DNA of 64,000 nt, from the IMG/VR virus record IMGVR_UViG_3300050343_000261. One strand, given 5' to 3'. Made by a program: the position numbers and the translations under genes. Numbering within the stretch: the stretch's first letter is position 1; each line of letters starts with the position of its first letter. The notes under the pieces are model-generated. The model was not told where the DNA came from. It saw only the letters and a list, made by a program, of their open reading frames with translations, and searched no databases. Shown piece by piece: positions 27,975 through 37,395 of this stretch. This DNA is from a virus.

Positions 27975-28309
27975 TAGGTAACCGTCGCATTTACTTGAGA
28001 TTGTCCACTAATTACTTTTGTGGACTTTCCGGTAATATCGTTTTTAGCCAAAACGTCATAATTATATCTACCAGAAGTGATAATACCGGTTACTGCATCT
28101 GTGAGGGATATAGTAATTTTACCTTGGTCAGGAGTAGCACCGAAAGTTACTCCAAATCCAATACCTTGAGAACCTTCATACTTACCCATCTTAGCTGAAA
28201 TGCTATGATTAGTAAGGTCTAAAGGATTCCCATCAGCTCCGGTAATATTATATGTTGCGGAAAAATGAGTCCCCTGTTCAATTTGAATATTGACGACGGG
28301 GACTGCCAT
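27974..28309 (-). CDS. Small beta-sandwich putative virion protein
   Basis: NIQIEQGTHF, PLDLTN, GRYNYDV, KVISGQ pattern typical of phage baseplate/fibre accessory domains. Confidence 0.75.
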   Translation of the reverse strand: MAVPVVNIQIEQGTHFSATYNITGADGNPLDLTNHSISAKMGKYEGSQGIGFGVTFGATPDQGKITISLTDAVTGIITSGRYNYDVLAKNDITGKSTKVISGQSQVNATVT

Positions 28310-28331
28310 TTTCCGAGTTCTTTGGTACTAT

Positions 28332-28339
28332 TATTTATA
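28332..28339 (-). promoter_or_regulatory. Consensus late promoter TATAAATA
   Basis: Exact match about 23 nt upstream of 28309. Confidence 0.85.
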
Positions 28340-28341
28340 TT

Positions 28342-28536
28342 TCACCTTTCAAGTAATATTTTTTCTAGATGTGCCAGTCGGTTTTCTAACTCTGTAATTT
28401 TATTATTTTTGCTAATTCGTTGTTCTCGGTCAGCAATATATTTCGCATATCCACTTTTGTCCGTAGATACAATAGCGTTATTCTTCGGATCCCTCACTAG
28501 ATTCGGATGATCCTTCACCTTGATCTTCTTGTTCAT
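28342..28536 (-). CDS. Small hypothetical protein
   Basis: KVKDHPNLVRDPKNNAIVSTD plus a coiled-coil tail; in operon orientation. Confidence 0.75.
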   Translation of the reverse strand: MNKKIKVKDHPNLVRDPKNNAIVSTDKSGYAKYIADREQRISKNNKITELENRLAHLEKILLER

Positions 28537-28563
28537 AGAGAAACTCCCAGAGAAAACCCCAAC

Positions 28564-28695
28564 TCATTTTTTCTTTTTGTTTATACGTTTGATCATCTTA
28601 GCATAAGAAATTTCTCCCGGAGTATAATACTCCGGGTTTTTCTTTGCAAGTTTGATGATTTTCTTAGCAACCTTACGATCGCTTTGATCTTTCAT
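28564..28695 (-). CDS. 43-aa basic protein missing from the ORF track
   Basis: Manual translation MKDQSDRKVAKKIIKLAKKNPEYYTPGEISYAKMIKRINKKKK; ATG directly follows the upstream TAA. Confidence 0.7.
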   Translation of the reverse strand: MKDQSDRKVAKKIIKLAKKNPEYYTPGEISYAKMIKRINKKKK

Positions 28696-31600
28696 TTATG
28701 CAACTGCAATGGTACGGAAATCTAGAAGTTTAGGTGCCTCTGCTGAGTTTGTACTATTGAATACAATCTTCACTTGGAATGCTGTAAAAGCAGGAACGTT
28801 GTTTGCGGTGTACTCATACTCATTGAACTGACCCTCAAGACTTGCAGAAGTCTTCTTGTCAGTCTTACCGTCATTGTTCTTCGCGTTGATGATATCACCA
28901 TCCGAATCCAGGTTGCCGAAACCAGGCATCAGTTCAAACACCTTATCAAAATCAGCAGCATCCTCACGCTTCAGGCGATACAAGACACGAATGTCACTTG
29001 CAGCAGGGCGGTTGGTAGCGAAGAGAACTTTCAGAGAAGTGGAAGGATTCTCAAGGAGAACTTCTTTTGTCTGATAGACCATATTGTGAGGATCTTCAGT
29101 TCCATTAGTGCGACGGTCAGTCTTGTAATTGTCAACGGGATTGTTGATCCTGTTAGATTCTGTAAGGATGGATGACTTGAATACGTCAATTACAGGTGAT
29201 ACATTCTCATTATCACTACTCATAGTCGCTTCAAACGTGAAGGACTTAGCACCAGGCATGGTCAACAATGTGTTCTTCTGCTGCTCATTATCGCGGGAAG
29301 CGATGATTCGAGTAGTTTTGAACTCAGTTCTGCCGAGCAGAGAGATGTCCTCAAATCCTTGATCCAAGAAGGATGACTCAGTACCGTCTACACTGGTACC
29401 AGAAGTGGTACGTATTTTACCTTTTACTTGAGTTCCGGTAGGAGTGCTGTGAGAGATGTTGGGGTTGACGGTATCGAATGCGATGTTTGCAGAACCACGT
29501 CCGCGATCACCACCACCGATCTTGTCCTTAGCAAAGAAGTTGCTGCCACCATGCTTCACATAATAGGAATCGAAACCAATCTTACCCTCAATTGAATTAG
29601 TGACATCACCGAAACTATGCTGCTTATTGATCTTGCGGAGGGAGACTCCAGCAAGTTCATACTTCTGAACAGGAGCATCAATCTCGTGGTTCATGACAAT
29701 AGAGTTGTCCACGTTACGAGCAATTGTTCCTGTCAGTTGGTTGGTACCAACAGATGTGTAACTGATGATCTCATCACCAATCACGGCAAAACCAGGATTG
29801 CTAGGAGTGACTTGAGCACCTTCAAACATGTTGAATCCCATGCTGCTTGCCACACTTACAACAGAGGTAACACTTGCGGCATAACCAACACTAAGGCGAG
29901 TAGGAACACTATCACCAGTGATACCTTCTAGGGTTACATATGATGTGCCAGAATGGTTGCCATGGTTAGGATGGTTGACCTTGAAGTGGCGACCATCATA
30001 CTGATCAGTATTGATAGTTACGGTGTCAGGAACAATTGCTCCTTGTACAGAAGCAATACCTACACCTGCACCAGCAACAGGGATGTAAGAAATTGCATCA
30101 CTCGTATTGAAATCTGATCCAGATACATTGGTCAAGACCAAACCACTAACAGCAGTGGTAACACCAACAGTTAGAAGGAAGTTGCTTCCTAGACCCTTAG
30201 TTCCAAGGTTGGCAGTCAGAGTATCACCAACTTTGTAACCTTCTCCAGTTTGGAATCCCTTGACGGTTGCTTGGGTGATAGCACCACTACTAACAGTCAC
30301 GATGCCAACTGCAGACAGACCACGACCAGTGACTGTCAGTAAAGGAACGTCGGTATAGGTACCATCTTCATAACCAGAACCCGAATTGGTGACTTTGATT
30401 GTGTTTCCGGCAACACCCAGGTGTGCCAATTTGTCAGCAACCACACCGCGAGCGGTAGTGTTATTTGCTTGAGACACAATGGTTCCCTCAACAATATGAG
30501 GGTTGTTCTCCATACCTGAGGATAGACCAACGAACACACGCTTAGCAAATGTTTCAATCGGGTTGTTCGGGAGTTTGTTCCTTGTTCCGTAGAGATTTAG
30601 TTGTGGGTTATAAAGACGAATGCTTCCGTTAGTTGCGGTAAACTTTGCTTTATATGACACATACTTCAAGTCTTCTAACTGTGAAGCAGTCCAGGTGTTG
30701 TTGCTCTGTGCTTTGAACAAGGACCCTTGAGCAGGTTGCTTAGCAACCACAACTTTTTGGAACTGGTTGATATTCAGAGTATTGATATCTGATTCACCCA
30801 CCTGAGAAATCCAGGCGTCATAATCACCAGATGCAGAACCCAGATAGAAAGCATAGTCACCTGCAGGCAGGTAGACAGGTGCAGGGAAGATGAAGCGAGT
30901 AGGAACAGAACCGTTGTTAGAAATATTGACTTGATCTGGGTTCAACTCAACTTCACTATGCTTCATCACCTTCACGGAGGGATAACCATTTTCCAAAGGA
31001 ACAATACGAACCTTGAGTGGAATGGTTTCAGATCTGCTCTGGAAGAACATATCCACAGAAGTCATGAAGATGCCAGGTTCATCAGTAACTACAAAAGACT
31101 GTGCCAGAGGATCGTCGTTGTTGTTCTGCTGAACGTTTGTTACGTTAGTAACATTCTGGATGTTACGAACGTTCCTAGTAATATTGGTGACGTTATTTGT
31201 AGTATTGTTAGTAATATTAGTAATGTTGTTGATTACTGGTACAGGCAGAGCAGGTTCTGTTCTGATCACAGTTGTCTCAGTTATTTCAAAACCTTCACTG
31301 AAGAATTCAGCACTAGTAATACTAACGTTCTTACCAGGAATCAAATTCTCAGGACGAACTTGACGCATGGATGCAGTGTGATCCCCATCCCTGAACATAT
31401 CTCCTGGAATGTAGTAACAACCTTGGACACATCCAGTTTCGTCAGTAATCAGACGAACATCTGCAACAGTTGCTTGAGCACCACTAGACTCACCCACTAA
31501 AACCATACCAGTCTGTAGAGTGCCAAAGAAATTAGCATCAGACTTCTGGTTCAGTGACTGAGTATCAACGTTCAGTACGGTAGTAGTTTCAGAGTATGCA

Positions 31601-34600
31601 GAAGACAGACCAACATTAGTGCTGTATGGGTTCTGACCGTAAATGATGGTCGGGGCATTGAATGGACCATCCTTATGATTAGGTGAAGCAAGACGGAAAC
31701 GAATGTCAAATCCTTGACTGTTTACCTGATTGCTAAAAGCATATCCACGGATTGCTTCACCGATCTGGAAAGAACCACTTCCAGGAGTAACCTCAATGAG
31801 TTTAGGAACAACATAAGAGTTGTCGTCCGTCATATCAGTGCCATTCCAATATGCAAAGTGCTGTGTATTTGGTTTCAGCACAGTGCAATCAAACTGAACG
31901 TTTTGCTCACGCAAGAAAGGAAGAGGTTCAGTTTGTGCAAAGAAATCATTAGCAAACCCTTCACCTTCAGTAATCGTGACCTGATTGCGGTCAATGAAAA
32001 CGTCAGAATCAGGAGTCAAATTCATGATACCGCCCCAATCGCGGTACATGTAAGGGTTCACACTCTCAAGGCGTGTAGCAAAATTCTGACTTTCCGAAAC
32101 AATTTCTTCATATGCCAGAGTCACCACATCGCCAGTCTTGACGACGTTAGGGGAACCTAGATCATTGGTGTAACGAGGATCTACTGTGGGGTCAGGAGCA
32201 CCATTTAGACCAACAACAGTGTTGGAACCAATCAACAGATCAATACTGTCACGGTGCTGTTTAGCGATCAGTACGCCTTTATCTAACTCATACTTGATCT
32301 CAGTCTGAGTCTTGTCTGCAACATCAAAATTATTGAATGCATCAACAACAAAACCATTTTTGAAACGATCAAGTCCAGTGTCAGGATCCGTGATCTGCAG
32401 ACTATCAGTCTTTGCTTCAAGCAAGGACAAAGAGGAGATCTCTTCAAGATCATCAATCCTATTCTCAAGTTTGCCAATATCCTTCATGGTATATCGACGG
32501 TTTGCTTTGAAAGTTACTGTGGTATCAAAGCGAGCATCGTAAACATAAGGTGCATATTCAATTTGTGCCAACTCAAATGAGTCGGTTATAGGGTCGGGAA
32601 GTACCGGACGCTCAGCAGGTGTTCCTTGTATAACTGTAAACGTATTAGTTTGGTTGATATACAGGCGATCTTTACGTCCTAGGTAATGTCTATAATCGAA
32701 TTGAATGGTTTCATCAGAGACCAAAACATTAGGAACAGACTGACCTCCGGATGCAAAACTGCGAGAATCAAATTCAAAAGGTGACCTGGTAGTTCCAGTA
32801 AAGGGTGCTACGCGAGGACGCAGATCAATAATATCAGTGTTACGGATGTTTCCAAACGCAGGCACTCGATCGTATTCGGGTTTTTCATAACTAGATGCTG
32901 TAATAATATCACCACCATCTTGAGAGTTGATAGTGTAATGATCGAAGTAAACCTTCAGTTGACCTTGGGGTTTGGTCGCATTAGGTTTACGAACAAGGCG
33001 TGCAAAGTCATAGAATTCTTCGCGTTGACCATTGTCTAGAACAAAGTTTGGACGAATATCAGAATCGCCGGGGTTTACGCTAGAGATATTTGCTTTGATA
33101 CCACTCTGAGAAAATTCAATTTCTTCAGTTACAATGAAGTTGTTAGAGTTTTTGATGCAGACTTCAACTCCACCACCACCTGAACGTGCAAGCACCATAG
33201 CTGCGGCACCAGAACTCTTACCAACACCAATCTCACCAACAATCAAATCGCTGTTGTCACCTGCACTTCCAGTGAAGGAAGAGAGTTGTAGATTAGGGAT
33301 AGTGGGTGCACCAGCACCTGTTGATTCAAACACTGCATGCACAGTGACTACATCAGGAACATCCAAGGAAACTTCATCGTCTTGGACACGCTTTCCATAA
33401 ACCAGACTTGGGGTAAGTCCATCACCAATACCAGTAGTGATACCAGAGTTGACGTTGGCAGAACCATTGATAACAAGACTTGCTTGCTTCACCAATGCTT
33501 TCACCTTAGAAGTCACAGATGATTTTTGTTGAGTGGTCTGGACAACTACATTGCTTTGAGAAGCAGTCAGTCCAGAGACGGTTCCAGACTTAGAACCATT
33601 AGTGAAAACAATCTGATCAGAGGTGAGAGGTTCAACAGAACCATCGCTATAAGAGATGGAGTAACGCTCTTCATCAAAACCAGAGTAGATGAAGTCAGTG
33701 CCCACTAGTGAGGGGAGAGTCAACTGCCCATCACCACTAGTGGTTTGACCAGTGCTTTCTTTACGGACAAAAAGAATAGAGTCAGACAGGTCAACACTTT
33801 CAATATATTTGTGGGGCATATCTGCATACAGATAACCCTGATCAGCTTCTTTGATTTTTCCAGCAATCACTTTCAAATCAGTGATTGTTATGTTGCCACT
33901 ACCATGCAGAGCATTGTGAGCAACACCACTGACAGCACCATCAGAACTGTTGATCAGAGTTGCACTTTGATTAGTTCCGGCAACAGCACTGACCTCTAGA
34001 TAAACAGGGTCTGTCTGAGCAACATTGGTGTAAGAAACAATATCACCAACACGAAGATTCTTTGCCCATCCAGTTGTAGAAGCAGTTAGAGCACCACCAT
34101 TTGTCAGTTGGAAAGTATTGGAGAATACAGACTTTTCTTCTAGAACCAGGTCAGCAGCAAATGTGCGAGAACCTCCAGTTGATCTAACAGACTTGACATC
34201 TTGCATGTCATAGTCACGAACGCTGTTGACTACACGACCCTGCTGTTCTCCATTGATGATCAAAGATTCATCTTCTTGGAAGGTACCTGCAACATCAGAC
34301 AACACCATAGAAGTGGTGCCGCTCATGGCAGTCCTAAGCATTCCCTTAGCACCAGACTGTGAACCTTGTACACGAGCAGGTGCTGCTAGAGTTAGTGCTT
34401 CATTTAGTGTGATGACAGTATCCAGTTGGATATCGAAAATCATCAACTCAAACACTGACGTATCGTTTACATACGCAGCGTTCTGGAGTTTGAAGTCATA
34501 CACACGTGCACGACCAATACTATCTCCAACAGCAGTAGATTTATTAGAAAGCAGTCTCTTGCTACGAAGATCAACAAAATCTGCTGAGTCTGCGTTCAGT

Positions 34601-35826
34601 TTGATCTGAGCATTACCATAGACATTATTGACCCGCATGCGGTTACCCGCAACGAAGGGAATACCACGATCCTTGATTAGTTTGGTAGTACGAGGTTTGG
34701 GGACATCAAGGTTTCTATAACCCTGGATGTAACTTTCAAAACCTTTCACATATGCCTTACCAGGACCTACACCAATACAGAGTAAGTCTTTAGAGGGGAT
34801 ATTACCATCTTCAGTCAAACGACTAGATAAGAATTGCCCGAAGACACTATACCTATCGTTCAGGCATTCTTTAGTTTCAATGGGGAACTTACGGACATAG
34901 TAGTCACCACTTTCGTCGTAAGTACGGCGAGCAAATTCTTTAGCAATCTCATTATAAACAGTCCGGTCAACCATCTGTTTGACCTTACCCTCATCAGTAC
35001 GATACAGTTCAATGAAACTCTCATCATTGAAATCTGTCAGGGGTTTTTTGGTCAAAGACAGACTAATTTTTAGTCGGTCTGCTCCAGGAGCAGTGAAGTT
35101 AGAGAATCCAGCAGCATTGTCAAACAGACTATTGTCATCAATAGCAGTGACAATCTCTTCAGAGACCTGGAAACCAACTCGGTAAGACGGACGGTTGGTG
35201 TACTGATCGAGAATGATGGTGTCAGTAGGAACCTCGATAAAGGCACCACGGGCAAAGAAAACACCACGAATAAGTTTGAAGGAGCAACCGGTACCAGTTG
35301 CAGAAGCAGCGATTGCCGTAGCAAAGTCAGATCCTTCAGTTACAGTGGTAACACCATAAGTAAAATCTTTTAGAGTAACAAGATTCTCTCCGTCAAGGAA
35401 AGAATCACTCTTCAGGTCGGTAGAACTTCCCTCATACTTCATGTAGAGAGTCGTGTCTCCCGTGATGGAAGTTGATCCAGATAGAACATTGACCACCTTG
35501 GCGGTCACCCCAGACACCTTACCTTTGATGCGGATACCGATCAGATTTTCGTAGTAAGACTCTACAGGAACACCAAAAAATGTAGGTTCTACTTTGACAT
35601 ACGTATAGTCAGGATCGTAGTTGAATTTACCAGGGATAACTACAGATCCCTCCTTGAACATATGCTTGCCAAACTTTTCAATCTGCCCTTGTAGGATAGA
35701 CTGAAAGGTTGTTAGTTCTCTTGCTTGAACAGGAGATCCTGGTTTGAACAGAACTTTGGTATAATTCTTTGCAGAATCAAAGTCGTCAAAGTAGGGACTA
35801 ACGTTGAGGTTGGTGTTCTGTGGCAT
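28696..35826 (-). CDS. Giant VrlC/DUF4815-type virion structural protein
   Basis: MPQNTNLNVSPYFDDFD, VLFKPGSPVQARELT, FARRTYDESGDY, DRFKNGFVVDAF. Confidence 0.9.
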   Translation of the reverse strand: MPQNTNLNVSPYFDDFDSAKNYTKVLFKPGSPVQARELTTFQSILQGQIEKFGKHMFKEGSVVIPGKFNYDPDYTYVKVEPTFFGVPVESYYENLIGIRIKGKVSGVTAKVVNVLSGSTSITGDTTLYMKYEGSSTDLKSDSFLDGENLVTLKDFTYGVTTVTEGSDFATAIAASATGTGCSFKLIRGVFFARGAFIEVPTDTIILDQYTNRPSYRVGFQVSEEIVTAIDDNSLFDNAAGFSNFTAPGADRLKISLSLTKKPLTDFNDESFIELYRTDEGKVKQMVDRTVYNEIAKEFARRTYDESGDYYVRKFPIETKECLNDRYSVFGQFLSSRLTEDGNIPSKDLLCIGVGPGKAYVKGFESYIQGYRNLDVPKPRTTKLIKDRGIPFVAGNRMRVNNVYGNAQIKLNADSADFVDLRSKRLLSNKSTAVGDSIGRARVYDFKLQNAAYVNDTSVFELMIFDIQLDTVITLNEALTLAAPARVQGSQSGAKGMLRTAMSGTTSMVLSDVAGTFQEDESLIINGEQQGRVVNSVRDYDMQDVKSVRSTGGSRTFAADLVLEEKSVFSNTFQLTNGGALTASTTGWAKNLRVGDIVSYTNVAQTDPVYLEVSAVAGTNQSATLINSSDGAVSGVAHNALHGSGNITITDLKVIAGKIKEADQGYLYADMPHKYIESVDLSDSILFVRKESTGQTTSGDGQLTLPSLVGTDFIYSGFDEERYSISYSDGSVEPLTSDQIVFTNGSKSGTVSGLTASQSNVVVQTTQQKSSVTSKVKALVKQASLVINGSANVNSGITTGIGDGLTPSLVYGKRVQDDEVSLDVPDVVTVHAVFESTGAGAPTIPNLQLSSFTGSAGDNSDLIVGEIGVGKSSGAAAMVLARSGGGGVEVCIKNSNNFIVTEEIEFSQSGIKANISSVNPGDSDIRPNFVLDNGQREEFYDFARLVRKPNATKPQGQLKVYFDHYTINSQDGGDIITASSYEKPEYDRVPAFGNIRNTDIIDLRPRVAPFTGTTRSPFEFDSRSFASGGQSVPNVLVSDETIQFDYRHYLGRKDRLYINQTNTFTVIQGTPAERPVLPDPITDSFELAQIEYAPYVYDARFDTTVTFKANRRYTMKDIGKLENRIDDLEEISSLSLLEAKTDSLQITDPDTGLDRFKNGFVVDAFNNFDVADKTQTEIKYELDKGVLIAKQHRDSIDLLIGSNTVVGLNGAPDPTVDPRYTNDLGSPNVVKTGDVVTLAYEEIVSESQNFATRLESVNPYMYRDWGGIMNLTPDSDVFIDRNQVTITEGEGFANDFFAQTEPLPFLREQNVQFDCTVLKPNTQHFAYWNGTDMTDDNSYVVPKLIEVTPGSGSFQIGEAIRGYAFSNQVNSQGFDIRFRLASPNHKDGPFNAPTIIYGQNPYSTNVGLSSAYSETTTVLNVDTQSLNQKSDANFFGTLQTGMVLVGESSGAQATVADVRLITDETGCVQGCYYIPGDMFRDGDHTASMRQVRPENLIPGKNVSITSAEFFSEGFEITETTVIRTEPALPVPVINNITNITNNTTNNVTNITRNVRNIQNVTNVTNVQQNNNDDPLAQSFVVTDEPGIFMTSVDMFFQSRSETIPLKVRIVPLENGYPSVKVMKHSEVELNPDQVNISNNGSVPTRFIFPAPVYLPAGDYAFYLGSASGDYDAWISQVGESDINTLNINQFQKVVVAKQPAQGSLFKAQSNNTWTASQLEDLKYVSYKAKFTATNGSIRLYNPQLNLYGTRNKLPNNPIETFAKRVFVGLSSGMENNPHIVEGTIVSQANNTTARGVVADKLAHLGVAGNTIKVTNSGSGYEDGTYTDVPLLTVTGRGLSAVGIVTVSSGAITQATVKGFQTGEGYKVGDTLTANLGTKGLGSNFLLTVGVTTAVSGLVLTNVSGSDFNTSDAISYIPVAGAGVGIASVQGAIVPDTVTINTDQYDGRHFKVNHPNHGNHSGTSYVTLEGITGDSVPTRLSVGYAASVTSVVSVASSMGFNMFEGAQVTPSNPGFAVIGDEIISYTSVGTNQLTGTIARNVDNSIVMNHEIDAPVQKYELAGVSLRKINKQHSFGDVTNSIEGKIGFDSYYVKHGGSNFFAKDKIGGGDRGRGSANIAFDTVNPNISHSTPTGTQVKGKIRTTSGTSVDGTESSFLDQGFEDISLLGRTEFKTTRIIASRDNEQQKNTLLTMPGAKSFTFEATMSSDNENVSPVIDVFKSSILTESNRINNPVDNYKTDRRTNGTEDPHNMVYQTKEVLLENPSTSLKVLFATNRPAASDIRVLYRLKREDAADFDKVFELMPGFGNLDSDGDIINAKNNDGKTDKKTSASLEGQFNEYEYTANNVPAFTAFQVKIVFNSTNSAEAPKLLDFRTIAVA

Positions 35827-35830
35827 CGTA

Positions 35831-37360
35831 TCAGAATTCTAAGATGATCTTGATATCCTCTCGCTGGTTAGATGCTCTAGTTACTTCAGGACGATTATCT
35901 ACGTAGATAATATCGCCAGAATACTTCTTGATCTCTGGGGAGGCAATACCAGAATTGTAAGTTTGACCCAAATAATAAGTGCGATTATTGATGGTCGTAG
36001 AGACTCCAGTAAACGCGGTATCGACGGTAAGAGTTTCTTCTCCGCCAATTGTCTTGACAACAATGTTCAAAGATCCACCCGTACCAGGGGTTTTCGTAAA
36101 TCTATTTAGAGAGTATTGGTGAAGGGCACCGGCAGATCCATCTGCCATAGAGCGATCTTGCCAATAATTCAGAACCTTTGTGGTGTTGTCATATGAAATA
36201 ATTTTACCAATAGCAGTGGATCCCACACCAACTGTTTGCTTCACAATTCCATCATTGTCAACCACCATGGTCGTAGATGCTGCGCCTGCCAGTCGCACGC
36301 CATACATCGCTGACACCGTGGGGTCGGTGAGAAGATTGGAACTACCCTGCATTTCAGGGTTTTTGATAATACCAAGACGAGCGAATTGATTCCCAGTTGG
36401 GAGATCAGGGTTCGTCACATCACTATTCTCAAAACGGGAGTAAATGAGAACTTTATTAGAACCAAGTTCACGGTAGATATCAGCACCATGCCCTCCTGGA
36501 GGAGGAATGATGACAGTAAAGGATGCACCAGAACCAGTGACAACAGAGTCAAGGTCTAAAGTTGCAAAACTGTATCCCGTGCCACCATTAGTGACCTGGA
36601 CAGCGGTAGGTTTACCGTTCACAAACGTGACTGATGCCATACCACCGGCACCATCACCCCTAATGGGGACATTGTTTTTAGTTCCAGTGAATTGATAAGA
36701 CGCATTAGTCACGTCTTCAATCACAATCACCTCTACACGACCTTCAACAGCAGTATTTCGTACGTCTGCTGTATCAGTGCTAATTGACCAATTAGAAGGG
36801 AGAGGAATGAACTCAGCACTATCAAACTTGACAATATTGCTAGGTTTGATTGTGTAAAGATACTTCCAAATATATCCATCACTCTCTGTGCGAGGTTGCA
36901 AGTCAGTGTGAACCGGTTCTTGCAATGAAATCACACCCTTGCCACCATTGGCAGGATCAGCACCATTGTAAAGGCATTCATAAACTCTGTAGTCAGAGTT
37001 CATCACATAATAGTTTGCCTTATACAGTCCAGTTGCACTGGTGTTAGGAGTAAGGCGGTTTACGCTATAATCATGGCGATACATTTCATAGGTTGTACCA
37101 CTCAACCAAGATACCTTTCTAACTACCCGTAAGATATCACTACTAGTAATTTTCTTGGCACTAATTAGCGTGTCATAGATATCATCATGTTCGTCGAAGT
37201 TGTCAATTGGAGACGGCGTATCCGTATTCCAATCCGATGCAACATCGGTAGCATTAGGCAAGCCCATGAAAACATAATAACTATTATCAGTGGTAGTAAT
37301 TCCACTGACAAAGTTAGAAGCATTCAATACCCTAATTTGATCAGTGATAATGGCTGGCAT
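35831..37360 (-). CDS. gp8: Baseplate wedge subunit
   Basis: WLSGTTYEMYRHDY, YVMNSDYRVYECLYN, DGYIWKYLYTI, SGDIIYVDNR...QREDIKIILEF. Confidence 0.93.
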   Translation of the reverse strand: MPAIITDQIRVLNASNFVSGITTTDNSYYVFMGLPNATDVASDWNTDTPSPIDNFDEHDDIYDTLISAKKITSSDILRVVRKVSWLSGTTYEMYRHDYSVNRLTPNTSATGLYKANYYVMNSDYRVYECLYNGADPANGGKGVISLQEPVHTDLQPRTESDGYIWKYLYTIKPSNIVKFDSAEFIPLPSNWSISTDTADVRNTAVEGRVEVIVIEDVTNASYQFTGTKNNVPIRGDGAGGMASVTFVNGKPTAVQVTNGGTGYSFATLDLDSVVTGSGASFTVIIPPPGGHGADIYRELGSNKVLIYSRFENSDVTNPDLPTGNQFARLGIIKNPEMQGSSNLLTDPTVSAMYGVRLAGAASTTMVVDNDGIVKQTVGVGSTAIGKIISYDNTTKVLNYWQDRSMADGSAGALHQYSLNRFTKTPGTGGSLNIVVKTIGGEETLTVDTAFTGVSTTINNRTYYLGQTYNSGIASPEIKKYSGDIIYVDNRPEVTRASNQREDIKIILEF

Positions 37361-37387
37361 TATGCTAAATGACTTCTCGATTCAACT

Positions 37388-37395
37388 TATTTATG
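37388..37395 (-). promoter_or_regulatory. Late promoter CATAAATA for gp8
   Basis: Overlaps the stop of the 955-aa gene. Confidence 0.6.
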
